From the NCBI GenBank assembly GCA_030059675.1, contig JANVYQ010000005.1, positions 1-64,000 on the forward strand: DNA of 64,000 nucleotides, given 5' to 3'. Made by a program: the position numbers and the translations under genes. This DNA is from Candidatus Pelearchaeum maunauluense (GTDB lineage Archaea; Thermoproteota; Nitrososphaeria_A; Caldarchaeales; Caldarchaeaceae). The stretch's first letter is position 1. Every line of letters begins with the position of its first letter. The notes beneath the pieces are model-generated. The model did no database searches. It was given only the letters and a program-made list of their open reading frames with translations, and was not told where the DNA came from. Positions 39,266 through 48,864 of this stretch are shown here, piece after piece.

Positions 39266-40063
39266 ATGAGCCAATACAAGCATCTTTTATATGAGAAGGT
39301 TGAAGATGCCAAAACCGCCATAATCACCTTCAACAGGCCTGAAGCGCGCAACGCCATGAATGTGGCTATGCTCACAGAGTTTTACGACGCTCTCAAAGCA
39401 TCGGCGGAAGACCCTAATGTGTGGTGTATAATAGTAACGGGGGCGGGGGATAAGGCTTTCTGCTCAGGGGGCGATGCCAAGGAGTTCCTAGCTAATGTAG
39501 AGGCTGGGAAGATATCTGAGATAGAGCGCTTCAACAGATTCAACCTTGATGTTTGGCGTTTCATGGAGAAGATGCGGAAGCCGATAATAGCGGCGGTAAA
39601 TGGGTTCTGCAATATAGAGACAATACAGGCGGTTGACTTGGTGGTAGCCAGCCAGAACGCAAAATTCGGCCTTCCAGAGGTATCAATAGGCGTGAGTCCT
39701 GGGGCGGGTATAACTGTACGGATGCCCCGTTTCCTCAGCAAATACTGGGCTAAGTATCTGCTCTTCACTGGAGAATGGATAACGGCTGAGGAGGCGTATA
39801 GGCTAGGCTTCGTGAATAAAGTCGTGCCCCATGAGAAGCTTATGGAGGAAGCCCTAAACCTAGCTAGGAAGATAGTCAAGAACGCCCCACTCGCGGTAGG
39901 CGCTACCAAGGCCTGCGTAAACCTCGGCGGCGAGATGCCGATAGACGAGGGAATGGAGTACCAGCTTAAGGAGTCAATCTTAATGTTCCACACCAAAGAC
40001 CTGAAAGAAGGAATAAAAGCTCGCTTCTACGAAAAACGAGAACCAGTATTCAAAGGCGAATAA
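39266..40063 (+). CDS. Enoyl-CoA hydratase/crotonase family protein, atypical oxyanion loop
   Basis: FNRPEARNAM, FCSGGD, KPIIAAVNGFCNIE, LPEVSIG.SPGAG. Confidence 0.88.
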   Translation: MSQYKHLLYEKVEDAKTAIITFNRPEARNAMNVAMLTEFYDALKASAEDPNVWCIIVTGAGDKAFCSGGDAKEFLANVEAGKISEIERFNRFNLDVWRFMEKMRKPIIAAVNGFCNIETIQAVDLVVASQNAKFGLPEVSIGVSPGAGITVRMPRFLSKYWAKYLLFTGEWITAEEAYRLGFVNKVVPHEKLMEEALNLARKIVKNAPLAVGATKACVNLGGEMPIDEGMEYQLKESILMFHTKDLKEGIKARFYEKREPVFKGE

Positions 40064-40086
40064 ACCCCCTCAACTTCTTCTTATTT

Positions 40087-40683
40087 TTAGTAATCACCAT
40101 CACGCGCGTACGGATAGCTCCAAAGGGAGACTTGCAAAACCACCGACTTAAACCATGCATTATACATCTTCTCAACATCCTCCTGGCTATGCCCTTTCTT
40201 TGCTAGGAATGGTTTGATTGTGGCTGTTATCGGGGTATATGAACGCAATAAGATAGCGTAGCGGTATATGCTCCACACTCTCTACTCCATCGGTTCTATT
40301 CTTCCCAGACCTTTGATGCCACCGCCCAATCTCAACCTGGTAATCAAGCCAGTTCTGGTCATATTTTCTGAAGCAGGTATCAAGTATCCACTGGCAAATC
40401 TCCTCCTAACAGCCTCTAGATAGCCCTGTATAGGTTCCCCACTTCTCCTGTCGGTGAAGTAGTATACCAGATGGGGGTTTGAGCCAACCCAGCCGTACCA
40501 TAAGTCCAGTATCTCGTCAATCTGGTCCTTCAACACCTCGCCAGCCAAGCGGAGATAATGCTCATCCCCTCCACTGAACATGACGGTTTTCTTAAGTAGC
40601 TCCAACTCCTCAAGCGTTATAGGAGCTCTCATGACTTGCGGAGAACCAAATAAATAGCCAGGTATCTTATCCGTTCTGCTCAT
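40087..40683 (-). pseudogene. Protoglobin with two frameshifts (about 40393 and 40233)
   Basis: IPGY.FG, LELLKKTV.F, WYGWVGS.PHL, then QWILDTC..YDQ.WLDYQ.EIG..H in a shifted frame, then YPITATIKPFLA...AWFKSVVLQV.LWSYPY. Confidence 0.85.
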
Positions 40684-40785
40684 ATGAACAACGCTGTACA
40701 TGTTGTATATTAGCGGTGTAGTGAGAAATGGGTTAGGTTGTTACGAATAGCTTAAAAGGGGGCCCGTCAAGATTAGAAACCCAGT

Positions 40786-42228
40786 ATGGGTAAGACGATA
40801 TTCGAGAAAATCTGGGACGCCCACGCCCTAGCCGAAAGAGAAGACGGTCAAACGTTATTATTTGTTGACCGCCATATTACGCATGAGGTTACTTCTCCTG
40901 TTGCTTTTGATGGGCTTAGGGCTGCTGGGCGTAGGGTGAGGAGGCCTGATTTGACGTTTGCGGTTATGGACCATAATGTCCCTACTGGTGATAGGGCTTT
41001 GCCTGTTGGTGATGAGCTTTCTACCGCTCAGATGCGGGCTCTAGCTAGGAATGCGAGCGAGTTTGGAATCATGTTGTTTGATTACTATAGCCCCTGGCAG
41101 GGTATTGTGCATATTATTGGGCCTGAGCTTGGTTTAACTCTACCTGGGATAACGCTTGTCTGTGGTGATAGCCATACGGCTACGCATGGTGCTTTTGGGG
41201 CTCTGGCGCTGGGCATAGGGACTAGTGAGGGTGAGCATGTTCTCGCTACCCAGACGCTCTGGCTGAAGAAACCGAAGCAGATGGAGATCAAGCTACAGGG
41301 CAGGCTCCCTGAAAGGGTTTCAGCTAAGGATATTATACTGTGGATAATTAGGAACATGGGGACAGGCGGGGCTATAGGGCATGCGGTGGAATACACTGGC
41401 GAGGTTGTCAAGAATCTATCTGTAGAGGAGAGGATGACCTTATGCAATATGGCGATAGAAGGCGGAGCCAGGACAGCGATAATAGCACCCGATGATAAGG
41501 TGTTCAGCTACCTAAAGGATAGGCCCTTCGCACCCGGTGGTGAAGAGTGGGAGGAGGCTGTAAAATACTGGAGCACCCTAAGAACGGATAACGACGCGAA
41601 GTATGATAAATCCGTAACATTTGACGTAAGTAAGCTGGAGCCCCAGGTAACTTGGGGAACAAACCCTGCGATGACGATAAGCATAACAGAGTCAATACCT
41701 TCACCTGAAGATTTTGAAGATAAAACAACTAAAAATACTGTACAAAGAGCTTTAGAATACATGGGATTGAAGCCGGGTACACCAATTACCGATGTTAAGG
41801 TTGATGTAGTCTTCATAGGCTCATGCACCAATGCGCGTTTGTCTGATTTGATAGACGCTGCTAGGGTTGTTAAAGGTAGGAAGGTCGCCCAGGGTGTTAA
41901 GGCGCTTGTAGTCCCGGGGTCTCAGCTCACAAAGAGAAAAGCAGAACGTATGGGTTTGCATCGTATATTCATCGAAGCTGGGTTTGAGTGGCGGAACGCG
42001 GGTTGTAGCATGTGCATAGCCATGGCGCCGGGGGAAAAGGTTGACTCCGGTAAGAGATGCGCCTCAACATCCAACAGAAACTTCGAGAACCGCCAAGGCC
42101 CTGGAGCTAGGACGCATTTAGTAAGTCCCATGATGGCCGCGGCTGCAGCCGTTGAGGGACGGTTTGTAGATATACGGGAGATGGATATAGCCAGCGTAGA
42201 CGAGCTAGAGCTAACCCCGTTGTTATAA
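40786..42228 (+). CDS. leuC: 3-isopropylmalate dehydratase large subunit
   Basis: HEVTSP.AF, DHNVPT, CGDSHTATHGAFG, IGSCTNAR, GCSMCIAM, STSNRNFE.RQG. Confidence 0.96.
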   Translation: MGKTIFEKIWDAHALAEREDGQTLLFVDRHITHEVTSPVAFDGLRAAGRRVRRPDLTFAVMDHNVPTGDRALPVGDELSTAQMRALARNASEFGIMLFDYYSPWQGIVHIIGPELGLTLPGITLVCGDSHTATHGAFGALALGIGTSEGEHVLATQTLWLKKPKQMEIKLQGRLPERVSAKDIILWIIRNMGTGGAIGHAVEYTGEVVKNLSVEERMTLCNMAIEGGARTAIIAPDDKVFSYLKDRPFAPGGEEWEEAVKYWSTLRTDNDAKYDKSVTFDVSKLEPQVTWGTNPAMTISITESIPSPEDFEDKTTKNTVQRALEYMGLKPGTPITDVKVDVVFIGSCTNARLSDLIDAARVVKGRKVAQGVKALVVPGSQLTKRKAERMGLHRIFIEAGFEWRNAGCSMCIAMAPGEKVDSGKRCASTSNRNFENRQGPGARTHLVSPMMAAAAAVEGRFVDIREMDIASVDELELTPLL

Positions 42229-42372
42229 ACCTTATCACATTCATGATTCGCAGAGACGTTTAGACGCGGAGTTGGTGAAATACCCCTCATCTACCTAGCT
42301 GAGGAGATAGGGGTGGCTCTAAAACGCTCTGGTTACTCTCCATATTTATTACCTCCTCCTCGTGACAGTTCT

Positions 42373-42820
42373 CTAACCACCGGATCCGTGTGCCTCGCAT
42401 ATTTTCTTCAGCGTTAGATGGGCGTTTAAGAGGGATTTCATGACGCGGCGTTTGATTATGACTTTATCTAGAAGGGTTCCCAGCATGCCGTATCGCGGGG
42501 TGTAGCTCACTTGTTCTGTTGAGATTGTCTCTAGGTCGTTTAGCTTAACTAACCTATGCTCGTATTGCATACGCTTAAATATACTATCCGGTTCCGGATT
42601 TTCACCAGCAATTAACTCGTTTTCCACATAATCTATTACCTTGACGCGTGTCCATTTCTTAGAACCTCTCCGCTTATACGAGTATATCACACCGGCATAT
42701 AGCCTGTTTTTCATCAGCTATAAACTCATACTCCGGGAAAAATCTATGCCATTCGCTTATGTCTGAGATTTTCTTGAAGACATCCTCTACGCTAGCTTTT
42801 ATAACAACCTCCACCTTCAC
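42373..42820 (-). pseudogene. SRPBCC/START-domain protein, frameshifted at an A5 run (about 42707-42711)
   Basis: VEVVIKASVEDVF..ISD..W..FFP N-terminus joins NRLYAG... to ...LKKICE when one A is removed. Confidence 0.7.
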
Positions 42821-42966
42821 GCAGCTTGAGAATCCAGCTCGGGGAGCACAGTATCTACTGTTATGTGTTCGCTGAATCAAGGTTAGTTAGTGTTAGTAAT
42901 TATTTACTGTGATGAAAATTACTAGCTAACTTGGAGGAAGACTTAAAATAGCGTTATGGTGAGGGG

Positions 42967-43194
42967 ATGGATAGCGTGCGTAAGGATGATTTCCTTAGTA
43001 GCATAAAGATGGATAGGGAGTTTTCCTATTACTCGTTAAAGCGGCTGGCCGGCTCTGAGGGTGTTGAGGTTGAACATACACCATATAGCATTAGAGTACT
43101 CCTAGAGAATTTGCCGAGGAATGTTGATGATTACGTTGTTGAGATGGAGTTGCTGGATGTGTATGAACCAGAGCTCAATATTACAAAACGATAG
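42967..43194 (+). pseudogene. N-terminal stub of aconitate hydratase (AcnA)
   Basis: YYSLKRL...PYSIRVLLENL.RN matches the AcnA N-terminus; truncated after about 60 aa. Confidence 0.7.
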
Positions 43195-43263
43195 AACTCC
43201 ATTTGGCCAAGCCTCATCTAAAGTATATCTTCATATTTTACGTCTTGTGTTATTTATTTCGTA

Positions 43264-43959
43264 ATGGCCTACTTGATGTTCCTAACCTTAGCTATAAGGC
43301 CTGCATGTTATTGTTGGGTTTCTAGGATTTCCCAGCTTTATGACAGGGTTTATGTGAAGGTTCTGAAGGTGGAGAAGCTGCATTCTGATGGTTCTGCGCA
43401 GCAGCTCTTTGAGGTTGTTGCACCTAGCGCTGGTGAGCGTGTTGCTGATGGCATGATGCGTGATGAAGAGCTTCACGACGTTAAGCTTCTCTTCTCGCGG
43501 GGAGGCCGCGTCTTCGGCCTAGCTAGGGTATCATGCCCGTTCAAATGCGGTCTAGCGGACACTGAGCCATGTTTTCTCACAAAAGTAACCTCAGGCGGGC
43601 AGGGCTGGGTATACTGGTATATGATTGGCCGTGATGACGAATGTAGGGATGTTATGAATAGGCTCAGCGATAAGGGTGTGGAGTTTAGGGTTCTTGAGAT
43701 GCGTAAGCTTGAGGGTGAGCGCAGCCTCACGGGTAAGCAGGAGCTTATTGTTAAGGCTGCTTTAGACCTGGGGTATTTTGACTATCCGAAGAGGATAAGC
43801 GTCAGGAAGTTGGCCGATATGTTCGGCGTAACACCAGCCACGGTAACCGAGACTTTACGTAAGGGCGTTAAAAAGATACTGACGGAATACTTCAACTCAA
43901 TAGGCGAGATAAAGCTCAGAGGAGAGTATGAGAGGCTGCTGGATACCCTAACATGTTAG
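43264..43959 (+). CDS. Bacterio-opsin activator-type (HTH_10) transcriptional regulator; start uncertain (possibly GTG 43354)
   Basis: LTGKQE.I...A..LGYFDYPKRI....LA..FGVTPATV.E.LRKG. Confidence 0.85.
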   Translation: MAYLMFLTLAIRPACYCWVSRISQLYDRVYVKVLKVEKLHSDGSAQQLFEVVAPSAGERVADGMMRDEELHDVKLLFSRGGRVFGLARVSCPFKCGLADTEPCFLTKVTSGGQGWVYWYMIGRDDECRDVMNRLSDKGVEFRVLEMRKLEGERSLTGKQELIVKAALDLGYFDYPKRISVRKLADMFGVTPATVTETLRKGVKKILTEYFNSIGEIKLRGEYERLLDTLTC

Positions 43960-44006
43960 GAATTAGTAATTTATCACATCACCTTAAAGACTCTGAACGA
44001 TGACCC

Positions 44007-44543
44007 TTGGATGCAGTTGAAGAGTTAAAACGGGAGCACAGCGTTATAGAGGGTGTTCTGGCATCACTTGAGAGGAAGCTTGAAGAGTTTAAGGCATCTG
44101 GCAGGATTGAGCCCGCGTATATTAGGGGGCTTGTCAAGTTCTGCCAGACATTCATAGACAAATGTCACCATGGAAAGGAGGAGCGCTGCCTATTCCCATG
44201 TTTTGAGCGGCTCGGCATACGGCGCGAAGGCGGGCCTATAGGCGTTATGCTGCAGGAGCATGAGATGGGGCGTATGCTTGTTAGACGTATCTCGGATATG
44301 TTGGAGCTTTATGAGCAGGGCGCTGCTGAGCTTGATGATATACTTGACACATGCCAGATGTATGTGGAGCTGCTTAAGCAGCACATCTACAAGGAGAATA
44401 ATATCCTCTTCCCCATGGGCGGCGGCCTGATGGGCTCGGAAGACCATAGGAGCAGCATGGCTTGCTATGAGGAACGAGAACATGAGCTAGGACACGATAC
44501 GCATCAAAAAATGCTGGAACTGGCCAAAAAACTTTCCGAATAA
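44007..44543 (+). CDS. Hemerythrin-like (HHE) di-iron protein
   Basis: EH..I, HHGKEE.CLFP, GPIGVML.EHE.GR, HIYKENNILFP. Confidence 0.9.
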   Translation: MDAVEELKREHSVIEGVLASLERKLEEFKASGRIEPAYIRGLVKFCQTFIDKCHHGKEERCLFPCFERLGIRREGGPIGVMLQEHEMGRMLVRRISDMLELYEQGAAELDDILDTCQMYVELLKQHIYKENNILFPMGGGLMGSEDHRSSMACYEEREHELGHDTHQKMLELAKKLSE

Positions 44544-44724
44544 ACATCAACAATTATTTTATCCCTAAAAATAGTGTCTATGATTCCCTAGAATTAGAGA
44601 ATCATCTAACTTGCAATATCGGCTATTTAAGGGCTCATAAACAGCCGATAGAGGGCTGAACATATCAGCCGTTGTAGGAATTAGCATAATAGCTAATATC
44701 TTCCTTATACCGGGTTCGTACGCT

Positions 44725-45351
44725 ATGCCTGAGCCTGTGAAGAAGATTGTTGGTAAGGCCGTGCCGTTGGACGCTGATGATGTGGATACCGATGCGATAA
44801 TCCCAGCCCAGTTCCTAAAGGTTATTGAGCGACGCGGACTTGGTAAGTATCTCTTCTATCGCTGGCGCTATGATGAACAAGGCCGCATAACAGGTGAGTT
44901 CGTACTTGACAAGCCCGAATATGAGGGAGCAACCATACTAATAGCTGGGAGAAACTTCGGCATAGGCTCATCACGCGAGAACGCGGTATGGGCTTTACTG
45001 GACTTCGGAATTAAATGCGTCATAGCGTCATCATTTGGCGACATATTCTACAACAACTCTGCGAGGAACGGATTAGTATGTGTCAGGCTTCCAGAAGATG
45101 TTGTTAGGCAGCTACGCGAGCGAGCTAGAGGGGGAAACATTACTCTAACTGTTGATGTGGAGAATCAGAAGATAACGTATCGTGGTGGGGAGATTGGCTT
45201 TGAGATTGAGCCGCATATAAAGGAGCGTTTGGTGAAGGGGCTTGACGATATAGCGATAACATTAAGCATGTATGAGGAGAGGATTAGGGAGTATGAGGAG
45301 AAGATGCCCAGCTTCCTAAAGCCCAAGCCGCGGGGCTTCTTCGCTGAATAG
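44725..45351 (+). CDS. leuD: 3-isopropylmalate dehydratase small subunit
   Basis: DVDTDAIIPAQFL, NFGIGSSRENA.WAL, SFGDIFYNN, GLDDI. Confidence 0.95.
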   Translation: MPEPVKKIVGKAVPLDADDVDTDAIIPAQFLKVIERRGLGKYLFYRWRYDEQGRITGEFVLDKPEYEGATILIAGRNFGIGSSRENAVWALLDFGIKCVIASSFGDIFYNNSARNGLVCVRLPEDVVRQLRERARGGNITLTVDVENQKITYRGGEIGFEIEPHIKERLVKGLDDIAITLSMYEERIREYEEKMPSFLKPKPRGFFAE

Positions 45352-45360
45352 CTCCCATCT

Positions 45361-46200
45361 TTATAGTCCAAGCAGACGCTCAGCATTCTTCCTCAGTATC
45401 TTTTCACGACTCTCTTGCCTCAGCTTTAACTGCCTAAACTCATCAAGCCACCTACGCGGCGAGAGCATAGGATAGTCGGTACCAAAAAGCATCTTATCAC
45501 TCAGTAGGGTATCAGCATACTTGATAACTATCTCAGGTATGTATTTGGGCGCCCATGCGGAGAGGTCTATGAAAACATTAGCCTTATGCAAGGCTATCGC
45601 TAGGGCTTCCTCATGCCAAGGCCAGCCGAAATGCGCCATGACTATCTTAAGTCGCGGAAAGTCTGCCGCTACCTTGTCTAGGTAGATGGGCCTTCCATAA
45701 TCCAGCTTAATCCCATACCCACCATCCATGCCAGCGCCCACACCTGTTATCCCAGTATGGAAGAGAACGGGTATACCGAGGTCTTCGCAGGCCTCGTATA
45801 GCGGGTATGCGCGTTCATCATCAGGATAGAAACACTGTATCTGCGGATGGAGTTTAAGCCCGCGCAGTCCTAGGTCCTTTACAGCCCGCTCAATCTCACG
45901 CACAGCACCACGCGGCGAAAGTGGGTCAACTGTAGCGAAGGAAATTATACGCTCAGGATTCATCTCCTGCAATTTGGCGAAGGCGTCGTTGGTATCTCCT
46001 GGCTCTCCAGTGACTTTGGAGGCGTCTATAGGTAGTAGGACTAGCTTCTCCACACCCGTCTCGGAGTAGTCGCGGAGCATGTCTTCCAGAGTTCGTTCAA
46101 CAACTTTAGCCCTGAAGTACTTCTCCAGATGCTCCTTTAACGGCTTGAACGTGCCGACAAACCCTGGGCCTGGGAAGTGAGCGTGTATGTCTATGGCCAT
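45361..46200 (-). CDS. Amidohydrolase_2 family protein (CouO-like aryl-beta-ketoacyl-CoA hydrolase)
   Basis: IDIHAH, GLKLHP..Q, FHTG.TGVGAG..GG.GIKL, AHFGWPW, DLSAWAPKY, FGTDYP. Confidence 0.85.
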   Translation of the reverse strand: MAIDIHAHFPGPGFVGTFKPLKEHLEKYFRAKVVERTLEDMLRDYSETGVEKLVLLPIDASKVTGEPGDTNDAFAKLQEMNPERIISFATVDPLSPRGAVREIERAVKDLGLRGLKLHPQIQCFYPDDERAYPLYEACEDLGIPVLFHTGITGVGAGMDGGYGIKLDYGRPIYLDKVAADFPRLKIVMAHFGWPWHEEALAIALHKANVFIDLSAWAPKYIPEIVIKYADTLLSDKMLFGTDYPMLSPRRWLDEFRQLKLRQESREKILRKNAERLLGL

Positions 46201-46212
46201 GGCCTACTCCTA

Positions 46213-47190
46213 CTATATGTTGGCCATCTTCCTAATCTTCTCACCAACCTTCTCAAGCTCGTGGCTAGTTATCTCGCCCATCTTCTGCCGTAGTATCTCA
46301 TACGCCCTCGGATTGCCTGTCCAAGTCTCTACGAACACTCCCTCCTTTATCCTCTGTAAGGCCTTCTCCATATTCTCGCGTACATGCTCGTCTATTATCT
46401 GAGGACCGACGGTCAAACCGCCATACTTAGCAGTATCGGAGACCGCGCTGAGCATTTTAGTCAAGCCACCAGTGTATATCAGGTCCACGATGAGCTTCAT
46501 CTCGTTGCAGACCTCAAAGTAGGCCAGCTCTGGTGGGTAGCCGTTCTTAACCAGGACCTCAAAGCCCTTCTTGATTAGCTCCATTACCCCGCCTACTAGT
46601 ACCGCCTGCTCTCCGAAGAGGTCTGTCTCTGTCTCGTCTTTGAAGGTAGTCTCTATAACGCCAGCGCGTGCGCAGCCTAGCGCCTTGGCCATCGCGAGGA
46701 CTGTTTCCATCGCTCTCCCACTAGGGTTTTGCGCTACCGCAACTAGTGCTGGCGTCCCTTTCCCCTCAAGGTAAAGCTCGCGCATACGTGGGCCAGGGGC
46801 TTTAGGAGCGACCAGAACAACATCAACGTCCTGTGGCGGGACTATCTGGCGAAAGTGAATATTATAGCCATGCGAGAAGCCAAGCGTCTTTCCAGCCTTC
46901 AGATGCTTCTTAATCTGCTTCGCATAAACCTCTGGCTGATGCGTGTCTGGTATGAGCATGTGTATTATATCCGCCCTCTCAGCAGCTTCCTCAACCGTTA
47001 GAGGCTTAAAACCATCCTCCTCAGCCTTCTTCCAAGAAGCACCACCAGGCCTCAGGCCAACAACAACCTCAACACCCGAATCCCGCATATTAAGCGCCTG
47101 CGCCCTCCCCTGACTTCCATAGCCTATGACAGCAACCACGCGCCCCTCAAGAGGCTTGAGAGACACATCCTGCTCATAGTAAACCTTCAT
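46213..47190 (-). CDS. ilvC: Ketol-acid reductoisomerase
   Basis: [46 protein letters not shown]. Confidence 0.97.
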   Translation of the reverse strand: MKVYYEQDVSLKPLEGRVVAVIGYGSQGRAQALNMRDSGVEVVVGLRPGGASWKKAEEDGFKPLTVEEAAERADIIHMLIPDTHQPEVYAKQIKKHLKAGKTLGFSHGYNIHFRQIVPPQDVDVVLVAPKAPGPRMRELYLEGKGTPALVAVAQNPSGRAMETVLAMAKALGCARAGVIETTFKDETETDLFGEQAVLVGGVMELIKKGFEVLVKNGYPPELAYFEVCNEMKLIVDLIYTGGLTKMLSAVSDTAKYGGLTVGPQIIDEHVRENMEKALQRIKEGVFVETWTGNPRAYEILRQKMGEITSHELEKVGEKIRKMANI

Positions 47191-47459
47191 AGCCCCTCTC
47201 TCGCGTCTCATAGGATATATTTAAAGGCCCTCACCACCCACATCCAGTATAAATCACCAGAATTAATGCGGCATAGTCTCCCTAAGCTCAGCCCACGACA
47301 TAACCTCACCTGATCTTAATACACGAAAAACAAGTATAGCTATTATGAAGTTCTGTGCAAAAGGAAGTAAACTTATCCATCGCGTTATTTTAGAAAATAT
47401 ACCCTCAAATGGCAATTCTCCCCAAACAACAATAGGTGTAGAGATGTTGTATTTCTACT

Positions 47460-48542
47460 TTATCGCGTATATGCTGGCATTATCTCGTCTGCAAAGAATT
47501 GGAGAACTTCATAATCTATTCCAATAGGCATGACTATAAAGTGTCTAACTCCCGCTTCAGCTTCCATCCGTATTCTCCTGCTAACTTCGTCAGGCTTGCC
47601 TATAATGTAGCGCTGTACGACCTCGTCATAGGTTCGTTTAGACAGTTTCCTTAAACGCTCACGCGCGTCAAACTCGCTACCACTACGGCCTATGACAAAG
47701 ACAAAATTTTGATGTGCTATCATGAAATTCTTCAGACTCTTTCCATATTCGGGCAAGAGTGAATCCAGCATCTTAACATATTTCCTAATATCTGAGGGAT
47801 TTGTATCTGTTCTGGCTATCCAGCCATCCCCAAGCCTAGCGACACGCCTAAACACCCTTTCATCAACTATATCACGTGGCACGGCTTTTTCGAAATGAAT
47901 CCCATTTCCACCCCCAGCTATCAGTATTGGTGGACATGGCTGTTGTATTGGACGCGGCTCCAAGTAGAAGTCCTCAAGTCTCCAGAACTCTCCTGAATGA
48001 TTTACCCGCTTCTCAGTGAGAAGCCTGCGCAAAAGTAGTGTAGCTTCTTCAAATCTTCTAACTCTATCTTTATCGCTTACGTTTGAGGCAGCCAACTCTG
48101 CTTTATTCCATCCCTGACCAACCCCTACAATAAGTCTTCCTCCAGAAAGTCTGTCAAGACTAGCCACCTGCTTAGCGAACACCACGGGATTACGATACGT
48201 TATATTGATGACAGCAGTGCCTATACGAGCATTTTTAAGAAATGGAGTTATAGCCGCAAGCGTAGTCATAGGCTCGTACCAAGATGTATTATATGCCGGG
48301 GGCGCCACTCCCATAAGTCTATCCACATGCCAAAAATGAGAAAAGCCTAGCTGCTCAGCAAATGTAACGAAATCACGAAGCTCCTGTAGAGAAATGTAAC
48401 TATCTCCAAAACCACCACCGCAAAAGGTCGGTAAACTAACTCCAAAAGACAAAATATAATCTTGCTCTAATCTCCTATTATGCAAGGGTCTCATGTGATT
48501 TTCCGTGACCATGCTTAATTTATGGTTAAAGGCATACATCAA
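47460..48542 (-). CDS. Luciferase-like (LLM class) flavin/F420-dependent oxidoreductase; start uncertain
   Basis: AEQLGF...W..D, EP.TTLAA, RIGTAV, AKQVASLDRLSGGRL.VGVG.GW, P.P.Q.P.PPILIAG, RVARLGDGW. Confidence 0.88.
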   Translation of the reverse strand: MMYAFNHKLSMVTENHMRPLHNRRLEQDYILSFGVSLPTFCGGGFGDSYISLQELRDFVTFAEQLGFSHFWHVDRLMGVAPPAYNTSWYEPMTTLAAITPFLKNARIGTAVINITYRNPVVFAKQVASLDRLSGGRLIVGVGQGWNKAELAASNVSDKDRVRRFEEATLLLRRLLTEKRVNHSGEFWRLEDFYLEPRPIQQPCPPILIAGGGNGIHFEKAVPRDIVDERVFRRVARLGDGWIARTDTNPSDIRKYVKMLDSLLPEYGKSLKNFMIAHQNFVFVIGRSGSEFDARERLRKLSKRTYDEVVQRYIIGKPDEVSRRIRMEAEAGVRHFIVMPIGIDYEVLQFFADEIMPAYTR

Positions 48543-48864
48543 TGCAAATCTATATAAAGATGCATATCTATTAGCTAAATGAAGTTACTATTGCATAATA
48601 ATGTATATTTTTGATCACATATAATTAAATAGTGTTTATGTGAGATAAGTCTTTTGGACAATGTTCGAATTAAAAACTAATTTTCTAATTTAAAAAGGCG
48701 AGAACTTCTAAAGACTATCTCAGCTGGTGCTGCATATATTACATCGTAGGTAAAAATGCGGGTGGCACTGACATCGAAGTAGCGGAATATGAAAAGAAGA
48801 TAGATGAATTTCGTAGCAGTTCAATTGAAAAAGAGCTTGTTAAACCAATTGGGGTGGCATTAAG

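Noticed and set aside
42280-42315. Imperfect hairpin (ACCCCT...AGGGGT) downstream of leuC
   Set aside because: A single bulged stem with no recognisable ncRNA boxes; insufficient support.
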